Positions 1 to 10,114 of a stretch of DNA of 64,000 bases are shown here, one piece after another. The notes beneath the pieces are model-generated. The model was not told where the DNA came from. It did not search any database and saw nothing but the letters and a program-made list of their open reading frames with translations. A program made the translations under genes and the position numbers. Origin of the DNA: Terriglobia bacterium. GTDB lineage: Bacteria > Acidobacteriota > Terriglobia > 20CM-2-55-15. How positions within the stretch are numbered: the first letter of the stretch is position 1; every line of letters begins with the position of its first letter. The stretch covers positions 416,001 through 480,000 of the forward strand of contig CAXWPJ010000012.1 in NCBI GenBank assembly GCA_963664115.2, written 5' to 3'.

Positions 1-508
1 AGTGTTCCCAGCGCGCGTCTACCCCCAACTCGCGGTAGGGCGCCGACGCGCCCCTCCAGACATCCATGCCCCGCGCAGGGTCCTGGCCGCTTCCACCCCC
101 TCCGGGTGGCGTTGCCCTGTTGGCGTTGCGCCACGGCAGTCCACCGATGGGAAACAGAACGTTCGGCCCGATATCGGTCAGCAGCCCCGCCTGCGGACGG
201 GCGATGTTCGGCAGCTCGCCCCCACCCAGCAGATACACGCGATCCGGGCTCTCGGCGAAGATGCCCCGCGCTCCTCCGTAAGTCCAATTCTCGTGGCCCG
301 GGAGCGTGCTGAGATCTTGCGGCCACCCCTCAACCACTTCATACGGGCCAGAAACGTCCTGTGCCCCAATGGCATCCGGCACGGCGCTAAACGAGGACAC
401 TCCCGCCGCTGTTTCTCCCTCTGAGGGCGCGTTCAGGCTATTGCCCACAGCAATGCCAGCGGCCAGACCCACCACCAACGCCAACACAACAGTCACCGTT
501 TTACTCAT
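1..508 (-). CDS. Exported NHL-repeat/beta-propeller-like protein, 5' part only (runs off the window)
   Basis: Manual translation from ATG 508: MSKTVTVVLALVVGLAAGIAVG...GPYEVVEGWPQDL...GIFAESPDRVYLL. No stop before position 1; GGAGGGG RBS. Not in the ORF track. Confidence 0.65.
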   Translation of the reverse strand, partial: MSKTVTVVLALVVGLAAGIAVGNSLNAPSEGETAAGVSSFSAVPDAIGAQDVSGPYEVVEGWPQDLSTLPGHENWTYGGARGIFAESPDRVYLLGGGELPNIARPQAGLLTDIGPNVLFPIGGLPWRNANRATPPGGGGSGQDPARGMDVWRGASAPYRELGVDARWEH

Positions 509-539
509 CGCACCCCTCCCAGCCAGCACAGGCTGCCAC

Positions 540-812
540 GTTGATCCAGTTTGATTCACGTTGATCAAGGACAGGCCCGCCTCTCTTGCGCCTGGCCTTG
601 GCCAATCCCCTCACTGGTCATATCTAGAAATGTTCGAGCTGTGTCGGAGCACTGACGTCCATTGCGACTGCTCGCGCTCTTCGAACAGCTGGGGGCAGTC
701 TATAGAAACGGTGGGCGGAGAGGCAACGAATTCTCGAGCAAACATCCGCCTATTTCCTGGGATCTGCGGCTCCAATCATGGCACCGGCACCCGTTCCTTG
801 AGGATTTGAAAA
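540..812 (-). repeat. Kinase-junction module (kinase C-tail, spacer, degenerate kinase N-head)
   Basis: 776-811 reads FQILKERVPVP*. AGGCAACGAATTCTCGAG at 721 matches the copy at ~18417. From 663 the minus strand reads MDVSAPTQLEHF*I..., a degenerate kinase start. Confidence 0.6.
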
Positions 813-960
813 GACGAATCGTCGGCAGCGTGGAGCCATAATGACCAATAATATTGACTTGATCCGGTGGCGGGGTAATGGGTGCCTCGTCGACCCGGCT
901 AACAGCCCCGCAAGCCAATGAAGAATCTGAGCGAGAACGGGGCGTCCAGGAGGATTCGCG

Positions 961-1473
961 ATGTTAAACCGTTCTTGGCTTATTGCAGTTATGGCAGCGA
1001 TTGCCACCTTCTCCACCACGTCTGTCCACGCGCAGGCGCTGACGATGGAACGAACTTTTTTGACTAATTATGCGGCCAGCCAGATCGTGGCTTCGTGTAT
1101 GGCGATCGCGGCGCGCGAGAGCGCGAACATTGCCATCGCGGTCGTCGATCCGTACGGAAACCTGCTTGCCTTTCAAGCCGCTGAAGACAGCACCGAAACC
1201 GGGAGCCTGACCGCGCAACTGAAAGCCAAGACTGCGGCGCGCTGGCGCCGGGCGACGGTGGAACTGTTCGACCGCGTCAACAACCAGGTCAACCGTGCTC
1301 CGGAATGGATCGGCGATTTTCCGCAACCGGGCGGCTTTCCCATCTATGTCGAGGGCCAGATCATCGGCGCGGTCGGAGCCGGCGGCGGTGTTGGCAGTGC
1401 CGATGATGCATGCGCCGTCGCAGCTGTTGCGGCCGTCTTCGGCGATACGGCGAGTCTCACCCGTCCGGAATAG
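961..1473 (+). CDS. GlcG/HbpS-family heme-binding protein with signal peptide
   Basis: IAIAVVDPYGNLL, AQLKAKTA and GGFPIYVEGQIIGAVGAGGG motifs; signal peptide ending VHA. Confidence 0.85.
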   Translation: MLNRSWLIAVMAAIATFSTTSVHAQALTMERTFLTNYAASQIVASCMAIAARESANIAIAVVDPYGNLLAFQAAEDSTETGSLTAQLKAKTAARWRRATVELFDRVNNQVNRAPEWIGDFPQPGGFPIYVEGQIIGAVGAGGGVGSADDACAVAAVAAVFGDTASLTRPE

Positions 1474-1525
1474 AACTGTTGCTTCAAGGCACCAGATCCG
1501 GCGGGTCGGGACGAAGGACCGGCCC

Positions 1526-1577
1526 AGGGCACCGGCATCCGCTTTTCAATTCATCAAGCGAGTTCAGGACGATGTTG
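1526..1577 (-). repeat. Degenerate kinase C-tail remnant
   Basis: Minus strand reads NIVLNSLDELK/RMPVP with a frameshift; compare NTVLNWFEELKERVPVS at 18474-18527. Confidence 0.6.
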
Positions 1578-1634
1578 CGGTGTGGGATGAGAAGAACCGT
1601 TTAAATTCCGCAAAACGATATAGGCGGACAAGCA

Positions 1635-2636
1635 CTAGGGTATTGCCTCCGCCTCCGCCACCGCTTCTTCGTAAAGACTGCCGTACCATCGCTCTACCGT
1701 AACACCGGTCGTCGGCGAGTGATTTTCAGCAGCGAATTCCGCGTCAAACTCCCTCGAGGGACGTGCTTCCAGGATCTCGTCGAGTGTCATGCCTTGGGCG
1801 ACCATAGCGCGAACTCGGGCATGAACCGTGGTGATGACATCACGTAACGCGATCAGTTCTGTTCTGTTCGAGAGTTGTCCGTGGCCGGGCACAATTATTG
1901 TGTTCGGCGTCGTCATTTCGAGAGCCAGGTTGTAATTGTCAACGAAGTTTTCGGTCGTGCCACCGGCGCGGATGTTCATCGAAGGATAGTCTGTCGTATA
2001 TTCATCGCCAAAGGCCCACACATCGGAACCGCGGAAGTACACGGCTGCATCTCCGTCTGTGTGCGCGGGTTTCAAGGGCACGAAAACCACTTCCTCGCCG
2101 TTAAAGTGGAACGTCAGAAGCTCTGACGATGTCACTACAGGCAGGCCGCCGGGAGGATCCGAACCGGGAGCGCGGCCCCCCATCATGGCCCTGCGCAAGT
2201 TGGGTTGGGCGAATATAATCGCGCCCATCATGGCCATGTTTTCGTTGTTCTGAACGTGATCCAGGTGGGAGTGCGTGTTCACAACGAAGCGTATCGGCTT
2301 ATCGGAAATTTGTCGGATTGCGGCCATGATCTGATCGTAAAAAACGATGAAATTCGTATCCACGAGAAAAATCCCATCGTCGCCCGCGAAGACCACCACA
2401 TTTCCGCCTGCACCGGCAACCACGTATACCTGTCCGGCGACATGGCGGACCAGCACTTCGATCTGCGAAACTGCTTCGGGATCGGTAATTCGACTGTTGA
2501 ATCCACGTATATCGGGGATCGGACCCCCGGTCGGAATCGCTTGCCCGATAGCAGCGACGCCAAAGGAAAGAAGGCCGAGCACGGCAACGGTCGCAAGAGG
2601 CATCGTCGATCGCTTCATAGAAGTCAAACTCCGCAT
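1635..2636 (-). CDS. Exported MBL-fold metallo-hydrolase (cyclase-like)
   Basis: HSHLDH, AHTDGD and VPGHG motifs; signal peptide. Confidence 0.85.
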   Translation of the reverse strand: MRSLTSMKRSTMPLATVAVLGLLSFGVAAIGQAIPTGGPIPDIRGFNSRITDPEAVSQIEVLVRHVAGQVYVVAGAGGNVVVFAGDDGIFLVDTNFIVFYDQIMAAIRQISDKPIRFVVNTHSHLDHVQNNENMAMMGAIIFAQPNLRRAMMGGRAPGSDPPGGLPVVTSSELLTFHFNGEEVVFVPLKPAHTDGDAAVYFRGSDVWAFGDEYTTDYPSMNIRAGGTTENFVDNYNLALEMTTPNTIIVPGHGQLSNRTELIALRDVITTVHARVRAMVAQGMTLDEILEARPSREFDAEFAAENHSPTTGVTVERWYGSLYEEAVAEAEAIP

Positions 2637-2815
2637 ACTGAGTCGATTTTTCAGGGAAGTCTACTGTGCAGGACCATGCCCGTCAATCGCGACGCCCCAT
2701 GTGTATCTCAGGTGGCCTTTCGTTTCTGGTCAGCCCGGTCCTGTTGACGCGTCACACGCATGAGGTAAGATTCAGGGTAGGAACACTCCGTAAAACTGCT
2801 TACCCTGGGGCTCAC

Positions 2816-3910
2816 ATGACCTTGAAATTACAAATGGCATCTATTCTGTGCCTTGTACTGATGGCGCCAACACCCTTACCTGCTCAGCTCGAGCGGGATG
2901 CTCCCGGAGACCGGGGCGTAGACGAACCATCTCCGTTCGATGAATCGGCGCCCACTCTGGTTCGAGGCCAGGTCATCGCGGACAACCCGAGTCGACTCGT
3001 TCATCCCATCCCGGTTCGCCTCGAGAGCTTTGGGCAGCCCCTGGACACAGTATTCACAGACGGCAACGGAAACTTCGTGTTCGACAATGTCCAACCGGGA
3101 AATGTTTTCTATGTCGTGATTGAAGAGGATGGCTTCAGACCTGTTCGGGAGCGAGCAGATTTTGGGCCGGTCTCAGCCGTCTCAGCCGGGTTGCCCATTG
3201 TAATTTTTCTCGAAAGCGTAGATACCACAGACGATTCGATCACCGATGCCGGGGCCGTTGACTTGAACCAACTCATTTCGGACATTCCCCGGGAGGCGGT
3301 CGAGGCATTCCAGAAGGCAGCGGAAGAGTCCCAAAATGGCAACTATGAAAGATCAGCCGAACGGCTGGAAGAGGCCACGGAAATTGCACCCGATTTTTAT
3401 GAAGCGCAGAACGCGTTAGGGGTCGAGTATCAGAAACTGGGACGCCTGGATGAGGCGATCGTGCGTTTTGAAATCGCGATGGGGCTGAACCCGAATGCTG
3501 CGGAACCGGCCCTCAGCCTGGGCATTCTGCACCTTCAAGACAGCGATCTCCAGCTTGCCTCAAGCAAACCTGAAGAAGCTCAAGGAAGTCTTGAAAAAGC
3601 CTTCGGGTACCTGGAAGAGGCCGTCGAACGGGACGCCACATCCGCGACTGCCCAGTATTATTTCGGCACCGTCCTCTTCAAGACAGGAGCGATGGAGCAG
3701 GCCCGCGACCGGCTCGATCACGCGCTCGCACTCGATGAAACCTTGTATGCCGTGCGCCTGATGTTGTTCAACGTTTATCTAGCCCAACGCGATCCTGCGG
3801 CCGCTCTGAATCAACTCGAGACCTATCTTTCGGAATACCCGGACAGCCCGCAACGCGAAGCCGTCGAGGGGATCAAACTGGACCTTGAACAACAGTTGTC
3901 GCAACCCTAG
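2816..3910 (+). CDS. Exported TPR protein with N-terminal carboxypeptidase-regulatory-like domain
   Basis: TDGNGNFVFDNVQPG, followed by TPR units (APDFYEAQNALG, NPNAAEPALSLG). Start placed at ATG 2816. Confidence 0.8.
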   Translation: MTLKLQMASILCLVLMAPTPLPAQLERDAPGDRGVDEPSPFDESAPTLVRGQVIADNPSRLVHPIPVRLESFGQPLDTVFTDGNGNFVFDNVQPGNVFYVVIEEDGFRPVRERADFGPVSAVSAGLPIVIFLESVDTTDDSITDAGAVDLNQLISDIPREAVEAFQKAAEESQNGNYERSAERLEEATEIAPDFYEAQNALGVEYQKLGRLDEAIVRFEIAMGLNPNAAEPALSLGILHLQDSDLQLASSKPEEAQGSLEKAFGYLEEAVERDATSATAQYYFGTVLFKTGAMEQARDRLDHALALDETLYAVRLMLFNVYLAQRDPAAALNQLETYLSEYPDSPQREAVEGIKLDLEQQLSQP

Positions 3911-4083
3911 AACGCTGTGGTGGGGAAGATGAGCGTGTCGTCCGGACACAGGCGCGCTCTAATCAGCGAGCGTGCCGCATTTCACCCTTTCCAGTGCAGT
4001 CCTTTCTCTTCTTCCAACCCGTTACGGGTTGCAATGTCAATCTGGGGCCACCACTTTTCTGGGGCGTCTGCCCTCCCCTGAGG

Positions 4084-4464
4084 TCAGTGCTCATGCGACG
4101 ATGTCTTCGACTCAATGCGCCCCACTAACGCTTGGATCGCTTTCGTTTCGTCCTCAAACGTATCGAAGACTTTCGAGAGTTTTGTTAGTTCAAGAAGTTT
4201 TTTCACTTTCTTGGACGGGTTCAACAGACCAAGTTTGCTGTCGCCATTCCGTAGTGAATTATGGACACTGAAAATGGCTCCGAGCCCGGCACTGTTGATG
4301 TAAGAAACCTCGCTGAGATTGAGGAGCAATTTCACCGCGCCTTCCTCAAGAACAGGATTCACCGTCGCTCTGAACAGCCGTATTGAGTCCGCGTGAGATA
4401 ATTCACCCGACACGTCAACAATAACCACGCCGCTGATTCTTCGCGTATTCACCGACAGCGCCAT
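4084..4464 (-). CDS. STAS-domain anti-sigma-factor antagonist
   Basis: LNLSEVSYINSAGLG motif; AAAGGAGG RBS. Confidence 0.9.
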   Translation of the reverse strand: MALSVNTRRISGVVIVDVSGELSHADSIRLFRATVNPVLEEGAVKLLLNLSEVSYINSAGLGAIFSVHNSLRNGDSKLGLLNPSKKVKKLLELTKLSKVFDTFEDETKAIQALVGRIESKTSSHEH

Positions 4465-4483
4465 AAATGCCTCCTTTCATTAT

Positions 4484-4678
4484 TGCCGCCCCCACTTCTC
4501 CCGTTCCACATTTACGACGGAGTGTGCCAATCGCGCAGCGACCGGGAGTGGCACCTGAATCCATCGTTAAATTGCGTTGCGACAAGAACCGGGAAATCTT
4601 GCTAAAGAATATTAAAGGCAGAAGTTAGAAGCTATCAAATTCTCAAATTCCGGCAAATCTTGTATCAGAAGTTGAGAG
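4484..4678 (-). repeat. Kinase-junction module (palindrome, promoter, degenerate kinase N-head)
   Basis: 4601-4678 aligns with 14980-15056. ATG 4564 reads MDSGATPGRCAIGTLRRKCGTGEVGAA, versus MESGTKLGHYEVLSLRGKGGMGEVWRA at 14942. Confidence 0.7.
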
Positions 4679-4787
4679 ACACGCCTATTGAGCCAACCTT
4701 CGCCTCGATGAAGTCTCGATGAAGTATGATGATCCGTGCTGGTTTTTGGGTTTAAGATGCCCATTGCAAAGCGGAGTGGAGGATCAA

Positions 4788-5219
4788 ATGAGAACCTTGA
4801 TGACTTGGATCGCAGTTACGACCACCCTCGCCTCAGTGGCGTTTGCTCAGGCCTTGGAACCGGTACGGCTGGCGCCAGGCGATCTGGAATGGGATGGCAC
4901 GCCTGGTGCCGTGATGCGGGCCGGCATCGCTGGAGATAACGAAACTCCCGGCCTGTACGTTTACCGCGTACGTTTCCCCGAAGGATTTAGAATCGAACCC
5001 CACTTCCATCCAGACGACCGCCTCGTCACGGTGATGAGTGGCACGCTCCACATGGGTTACGGAAACGAATTCGATGAGGATGCGATGCGGGCACTCCCGG
5101 CTGGAAGTGTTTGGACCGAACCCGGACGGCAGGCCCATTTCGTCTGGGCGCGGAATGGCGAGGTCATCATCCAGGTGGTCGGTGTCGGACCATCGGGGAC
5201 CACTCAGCTTGAACGCTGA
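4788..5219 (+). CDS. Exported cupin-domain protein
   Basis: PHFHPDDR...VMSGTL and EPGRQAHF motifs; GGAGG RBS before ATG 4788. Confidence 0.85.
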   Translation: MRTLMTWIAVTTTLASVAFAQALEPVRLAPGDLEWDGTPGAVMRAGIAGDNETPGLYVYRVRFPEGFRIEPHFHPDDRLVTVMSGTLHMGYGNEFDEDAMRALPAGSVWTEPGRQAHFVWARNGEVIIQVVGVGPSGTTQLER

Positions 5220-5330
5220 GCGCGGCCTCCGGTCACAGGGCAGGGATGGAAGCTCCTGTTAGCGTTGGGAAGAACCCCACCCCAAGGACGATCTTCGGCG
5301 CAGGTCCGCCGTCGCAGAACCCCATCAAAA

Positions 5331-6890
5331 CTAGTTCGCCGCGTTGACAATACTAAGGAACTCCGCGTTGGTACCCACCCGGCCGTGAATCGGAACGTGG
5401 CGGTCGACATCCAGTCCCAACCGCTGCATGTTCCGGTAGAGCGTTCGCATTCTGCGGTTGAATGCGGGCGCTGCCGCACCCGGTGCGGGAGGGGAATAGA
5501 GGTCCGCATTGACCAGAAGCTTCTCTCCTGGCAGATAGGCAATCACCATGTTCTCGACGTGGTTCAGGTTTCGAAGCCCGTGGATCTCCATTGTCCGTTC
5601 GCCGTCGCTCAGGACGTAGGTTTCCGCCAGCGTCTCGAATCGATCGGTCGGGGTGGCAGTCGACGCCATCGGATGCAGCGACATCCGGTCCGGTTCGAGG
5701 GTCCGGGGCGCGGCCGAGAGCAAGATCCGTTCATAGAAATCCCGGTTTGCCAACTGCGTGACAATCTTGGCGCCATCGGAGAAGTACGTTCGGAGCCCCC
5801 CGATGTGATCAAAATGGTGGTGCGTGCTCACCACGTAATCGATCGTCTTGTCGGGAACGAGCCGGCGCACTTCCGCCATCACGGCCAGTGAACGTGCCTC
5901 ATTCAACGGCGCCTCGATCAGAACGACGAAATCGCGAAACTCAACCGCCACGCTGTTGTGGGATCCGCCCCCAATAAGCCACACGCCTTCAGCCAGACGC
6001 TCGCTTTCCACCCGGACCTCGGGGACCGCCGCACGACGCACGGCGTCGGGTATCGCCGGCGCGGCGTCGCTGAGATTTGTGCGAACGCTGGCCACATTGA
6101 CCTGAAGAAAGTTGGGATCGAGATACCAAAACTTCTGGGTGTAGTCATAGCCGCTGGCTCCGGCGTGCCCGTGGATGCTTGTCGGAAATTTGATGCCGTC
6201 GAATTCTTCGTAGTCTGTGTATCGGATCTCGTAAAGCATGTCGCCGAAAACGGAGTTTGCCACCCACGTCTGGACGTATTCAAGCATGTTCTGGTCGGTG
6301 AACATGCCGCTCAAACGGTACTTCCCCATCGCCATAAACGAGACCATGGTCACGGTCTGGACCGAGTCGTCGACCGCGAGGACCCGGCGCGTGAACGCCG
6401 TCAGGTCGTCACTGGCCATGGCTGCCTTGATGAAGCCGTGCGGCGTGAGAAGGATTTCCAGTCGCCGCAGCTCCACCGCGTTCGGAGTCGGTGCGGGATC
6501 GCCGCCCCGATCGTTCCAGGCGTAGTCGCCGTTGACGGCGGTGTTTCGGATCTGGTCTCCCTGGAGGGGCGTTCCGCCGCCGCCCTGCGGTGGGTAGTTA
6601 CCCTGACGGCGGGTCACTTCTTCCAACATCGACTGTGCGTCGTAATCGATCGTCCGGCTGTAGCGTGTCGTCTCGAAGTGCGGCCATCCCTCGCCGACGT
6701 CATGCAGGGTTGCGCTGTAGCTCTGACCGAGAGCCGCCACCCATCCGGTCCCGGAATACTGTATGGATCTCAGGTTGGCGGCGCCCATCGCTTCGGACGC
6801 GGCCTCGACGACCGACCGGGCATCCTGGGCGATCGCGGGTCGAACCGTCATTGCAAGAAGCACAATAAACATGAGGTATCGTCGGGTCAT
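5331..6890 (-). CDS. Exported large MBL-fold protein
   Basis: THHHFDHIGG, HVENM and VPIHG motifs; signal peptide from MTRRYL. Confidence 0.85.
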   Translation of the reverse strand: MTRRYLMFIVLLAMTVRPAIAQDARSVVEAASEAMGAANLRSIQYSGTGWVAALGQSYSATLHDVGEGWPHFETTRYSRTIDYDAQSMLEEVTRRQGNYPPQGGGGTPLQGDQIRNTAVNGDYAWNDRGGDPAPTPNAVELRRLEILLTPHGFIKAAMASDDLTAFTRRVLAVDDSVQTVTMVSFMAMGKYRLSGMFTDQNMLEYVQTWVANSVFGDMLYEIRYTDYEEFDGIKFPTSIHGHAGASGYDYTQKFWYLDPNFLQVNVASVRTNLSDAAPAIPDAVRRAAVPEVRVESERLAEGVWLIGGGSHNSVAVEFRDFVVLIEAPLNEARSLAVMAEVRRLVPDKTIDYVVSTHHHFDHIGGLRTYFSDGAKIVTQLANRDFYERILLSAAPRTLEPDRMSLHPMASTATPTDRFETLAETYVLSDGERTMEIHGLRNLNHVENMVIAYLPGEKLLVNADLYSPPAPGAAAPAFNRRMRTLYRNMQRLGLDVDRHVPIHGRVGTNAEFLSIVNAAN

Positions 6891-7329
6891 TGGTTTCTCT
6901 CCGAATTTGGTCGTGTTGGTCTGGACTGGAAATGGACTGGGCACAGTCTAACAAATCACCTTTGGCAGTCAATCGTTCTTAAACCTGGCCAATGAAACAG
7001 GGGCGGCATTCTGCATTGTCAGCGGTAGGTTATAAATTGATTTATCATGATTCGTAAATACGCCTTCCTCCGGTCGCTGTCGCCTTCGCCGGGTGTTGGC
7101 AGCATTCCGTAGTTGAACGGCTTGATTGACGGCTATTGGAACATGCTGAATACCCGGCTGACACTCGTGGGCGGGAAAATCCGTTCGGACCAGCGTTAAG
7201 CGGACAGAGAAGAGAAAATGGGGACGCTAAACCCTCACACGGGGGTCGCGGCCGACATTCTCCACATCCTCAGCTCACCGCTTCCCTTCCTCGAGTTCTG
7301 CTGGGGGAAGCCCTGCGGATTGCAGTCCA

Positions 7330-8463
7330 TCAGGGAATCGGCAGCAGAGGTCTCTGCCCTTCGGGCAAGTGCTGATCGAAGGCCGTCAACAGGACTGCAT
7401 CGCCTGAATGCTGCGCCATCAGATCGATGAAGTCAACCAGGTCTCTCTCTCCAAAAATCTCGAGGGCCCGGGCATAGGTTTCAGGGCTTACGCTGTGCAT
7501 TTGGAAAAGCTCACGACCGAATTCGATGAGAACGGCTTCTCTCTCACCCAGTGCTGTTACCGGCCCGCGATGGCGCACCTGGTCAATGATAGCCGGCTCC
7601 AAGCCGTCCCGGAGGGCTCGAAGCTCGTTCATCGTCCACTGATATTGAGCGTTGTGTTCGCGAGCGGTAACGAGAATCGCCAAGTCCACCAAGCCGCGCC
7701 CAACACTTGCCTCCAGAGAATCGAGACCCGCCCCATGAAGCCGGATGTGTCCCGGTCCCGTGCCCGCGGGGGCCATCGTGCGGCTGTAGAGAGTGGGCGC
7801 CGGGGCCGGGCCGTCTTCCAGACCTTGCTCCTGGACCTGTCGTAGCGGAAGACGGCTTCTTGAGTCCGGATGAATGTCATCGGGCAGAGCAAAAGGAAGG
7901 GGCAGAAATTGCTTCCATCCCGGAGGCATCTGTTGATTGACGGCGGTCAATCGCGTGCCCGTCGCTGTGTAGTTACCGATCAAGTCAACAATATCGACGA
8001 GACCGTTCGTGCCGAGGATATTCAAAGCACGCGCATAGGTTTCCGAGCTCAGTTGGAACGTTCCGAAGATCTCACGACCCAATTCAATGATGATCGATTC
8101 CTTCTCACCGAGTCCTGTCAGCGGCATGCGATAACGCACACGGTCGATCACTGTTGGATCCAATCCCACGGCAAGGGCTTCCATCTCGTGTAACGACCAC
8201 TCGTATGGCTGGTCGTGCTCGCGGGCCGAAACCAGGATCGCCAGTTCCGTCAAGGCGCGGCCGAGTGGGGATTCCCAACGGACGATGACTCCGGACCCAT
8301 GTTGCCGTATCGCGGCAACAGCGTCGGACGAGCCGGGTGTGTCGCGGACTGGAAGCCGGCTGCCCGAAGCCGGAAAGACGTCTCTGGGAAGAGGCAGTTG
8401 TGCACGTGCCGACAGTCCCAGAATGATCAGGACCCAAAGCACAGCGGACAGTCGATGGAGCAT
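7330..8463 (-). CDS. Exported protein with tandem carboxymuconolactone-decarboxylase/AhpD-like domains
   Basis: Internal duplication: ELAILVSAREHDQPYEW / DLAILVTAREHNAQYQW, and ETYARAL twice. Confidence 0.75.
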   Translation of the reverse strand: MLHRLSAVLWVLIILGLSARAQLPLPRDVFPASGSRLPVRDTPGSSDAVAAIRQHGSGVIVRWESPLGRALTELAILVSAREHDQPYEWSLHEMEALAVGLDPTVIDRVRYRMPLTGLGEKESIIIELGREIFGTFQLSSETYARALNILGTNGLVDIVDLIGNYTATGTRLTAVNQQMPPGWKQFLPLPFALPDDIHPDSRSRLPLRQVQEQGLEDGPAPAPTLYSRTMAPAGTGPGHIRLHGAGLDSLEASVGRGLVDLAILVTAREHNAQYQWTMNELRALRDGLEPAIIDQVRHRGPVTALGEREAVLIEFGRELFQMHSVSPETYARALEIFGERDLVDFIDLMAQHSGDAVLLTAFDQHLPEGQRPLLPIP

Positions 8464-8564
8464 TGATTTCTCCCGTGATCGTGATTACAACGCAGCCTAT
8501 CACGCCGCCGAGGGATCGCGAGATCCGAGAAGGTCAATCCGATGCCGCTCTCTGCTTGTCAAAC

Positions 8565-9563
8565 TCAACAGGGGCGGTTCACCACCGACAGATCAATTGT
8601 AGCCAGTTGGCTTGGAGTCTCGAAACCGGCGTCGCAGCCGAGGGCCTTCATCGTCGGACTGTTGTCCAGGGCATCCAGAGCGATAGATTCGGCTCTCAGT
8701 TTCAGGTGGGCAAAGGTTGTACGCGTCGGACGGAGCGTTTCTCCCTGACTTCGTGTTGCCGGCAGACGTTTCAGGCTGACGGTTCCGCGCACGTTGCCGC
8801 CAATCGCCAGAATCTCTTCCTTGGCTTCGTCCACCTTTACCACAACGTCACAATGGGTTCGGGCGCCCTCTCCCATCTGTCGTCGCCGTTCGGCGATGTT
8901 TTGATAGCGCGGGCGGCGGGCAGTGCACAGCAAGTCGCCCGGCTCCACTCCGGTTTCACCCGCATCGTAGGCCACAAATGCCGTCTCGGAGGTGCCTGAA
9001 TCGCGCGCACGTATGGCCTGATCGATGTAGGTGTGGTGTGCCACCGCGCGCCGGAACTGATTTGAGTCACCGACCCCGCCCGCACACATCACCCAGGATA
9101 TGAATGCCGCCGACCACGGGCTGCGCCATCTCGAACCGATACCCCGTGACCCGTTCCAGGCGTCGTTTTGATTCTCGAGGATCCAGGATCCCTCGGGAGT
9201 GACGGCCCAGTACCCGCCGATCGAAGCCGCAACCCTGGCAGATTCTTCGGGATTACCACGACCGCGACGTCGGCGTCCACGCGGTGTGTCGATCGCTTCA
9301 TCAACGACACTGAAGCTGAAGAAGCCCCATTCCTGCACCGCTGCATCGACGATGCGGCGGCGTGCCCCGTTGATCGGTAGCGTGTAGCACGATGTCGGCT
9401 GTATTCTCATTTCACCCGGTGCGCCGCTTACCCGCTCCGACGGAGGCAAGATGTCGAGTACTGCGGCAGGCAAACGGTCGAAAGGCCTCTGTGCGGCGTG
9501 ACCGTTAGTAGAATAAGAAACCAGAGCAATGACAGCCGCAAGTGGCAGCATGAGAGCCTTCAT
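8565..9563 (-). CDS. DUF2272 (CHAP-like) exported protein
   Basis: PWSAAFISW, PGDLLC, THCDVV and IGGNV motifs; signal peptide from MKALML. Confidence 0.8.
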   Translation of the reverse strand: MKALMLPLAAVIALVSYSTNGHAAQRPFDRLPAAVLDILPPSERVSGAPGEMRIQPTSCYTLPINGARRRIVDAAVQEWGFFSFSVVDEAIDTPRGRRRRGRGNPEESARVAASIGGYWAVTPEGSWILENQNDAWNGSRGIGSRWRSPWSAAFISWVMCAGGVGDSNQFRRAVAHHTYIDQAIRARDSGTSETAFVAYDAGETGVEPGDLLCTARRPRYQNIAERRRQMGEGARTHCDVVVKVDEAKEEILAIGGNVRGTVSLKRLPATRSQGETLRPTRTTFAHLKLRAESIALDALDNSPTMKALGCDAGFETPSQLATIDLSVVNRPC

Positions 9564-9589
9564 GAACTTTCCTTTCCTGACGTTTCCTG

Positions 9590-9680
9590 TGGACATACTG
9601 CTGTGCAGCCAATCGAGCCGCTCCAAACTCGCTAAACATTACTAAAGGTAGAAGTTCGAAGCAAACAAACTCTCAACTCC
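9590..9680 (-). repeat. Kinase-junction promoter segment
   Basis: GCTAAACATTACTAAAGGTAGAAGTTCGAAGCAAACAAACTCTCAAC aligns with 4601-4646 and 14980-15025. Confidence 0.55.
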
Positions 9681-10114
9681 TTTGAACAGTTACTCGTAAT
9701 TTAAAGAAGAAGCCCACTGTGGAGGGCCTGCACTTCCGCGATTCTGATGTGTCATGGTCGGGCGTCTACCTGCATCTACCGGCATCTACCTAATGGTATC
9801 GTTGCGCAATCGCGAAGACAGCGCAGAGTCTGACCGTCGGATCGTCAGGCACATGGGACTCCATCTGCGCAGTGCCCTGGGGCTCAGTCCGAACAGGAAC
9901 AACAGGCGGTCTCCACTCCACCTCTTTGGCCAGCACACAGCGACAGCGGACCCGGTGAAACCGGGGCCGGGACACCACACCAGAGCTCGCCTGTGACGTG
10001 CTATGATGCGCAGACTTCAAGCTTTGGTCCAGGAAACGACTCTATGCATCAGGTCGGCGTGGAGGGATCAGACCGGTCGCGGCCCCAGGCAGGCTCTAAA
10101 AAGGAGACAGAACG

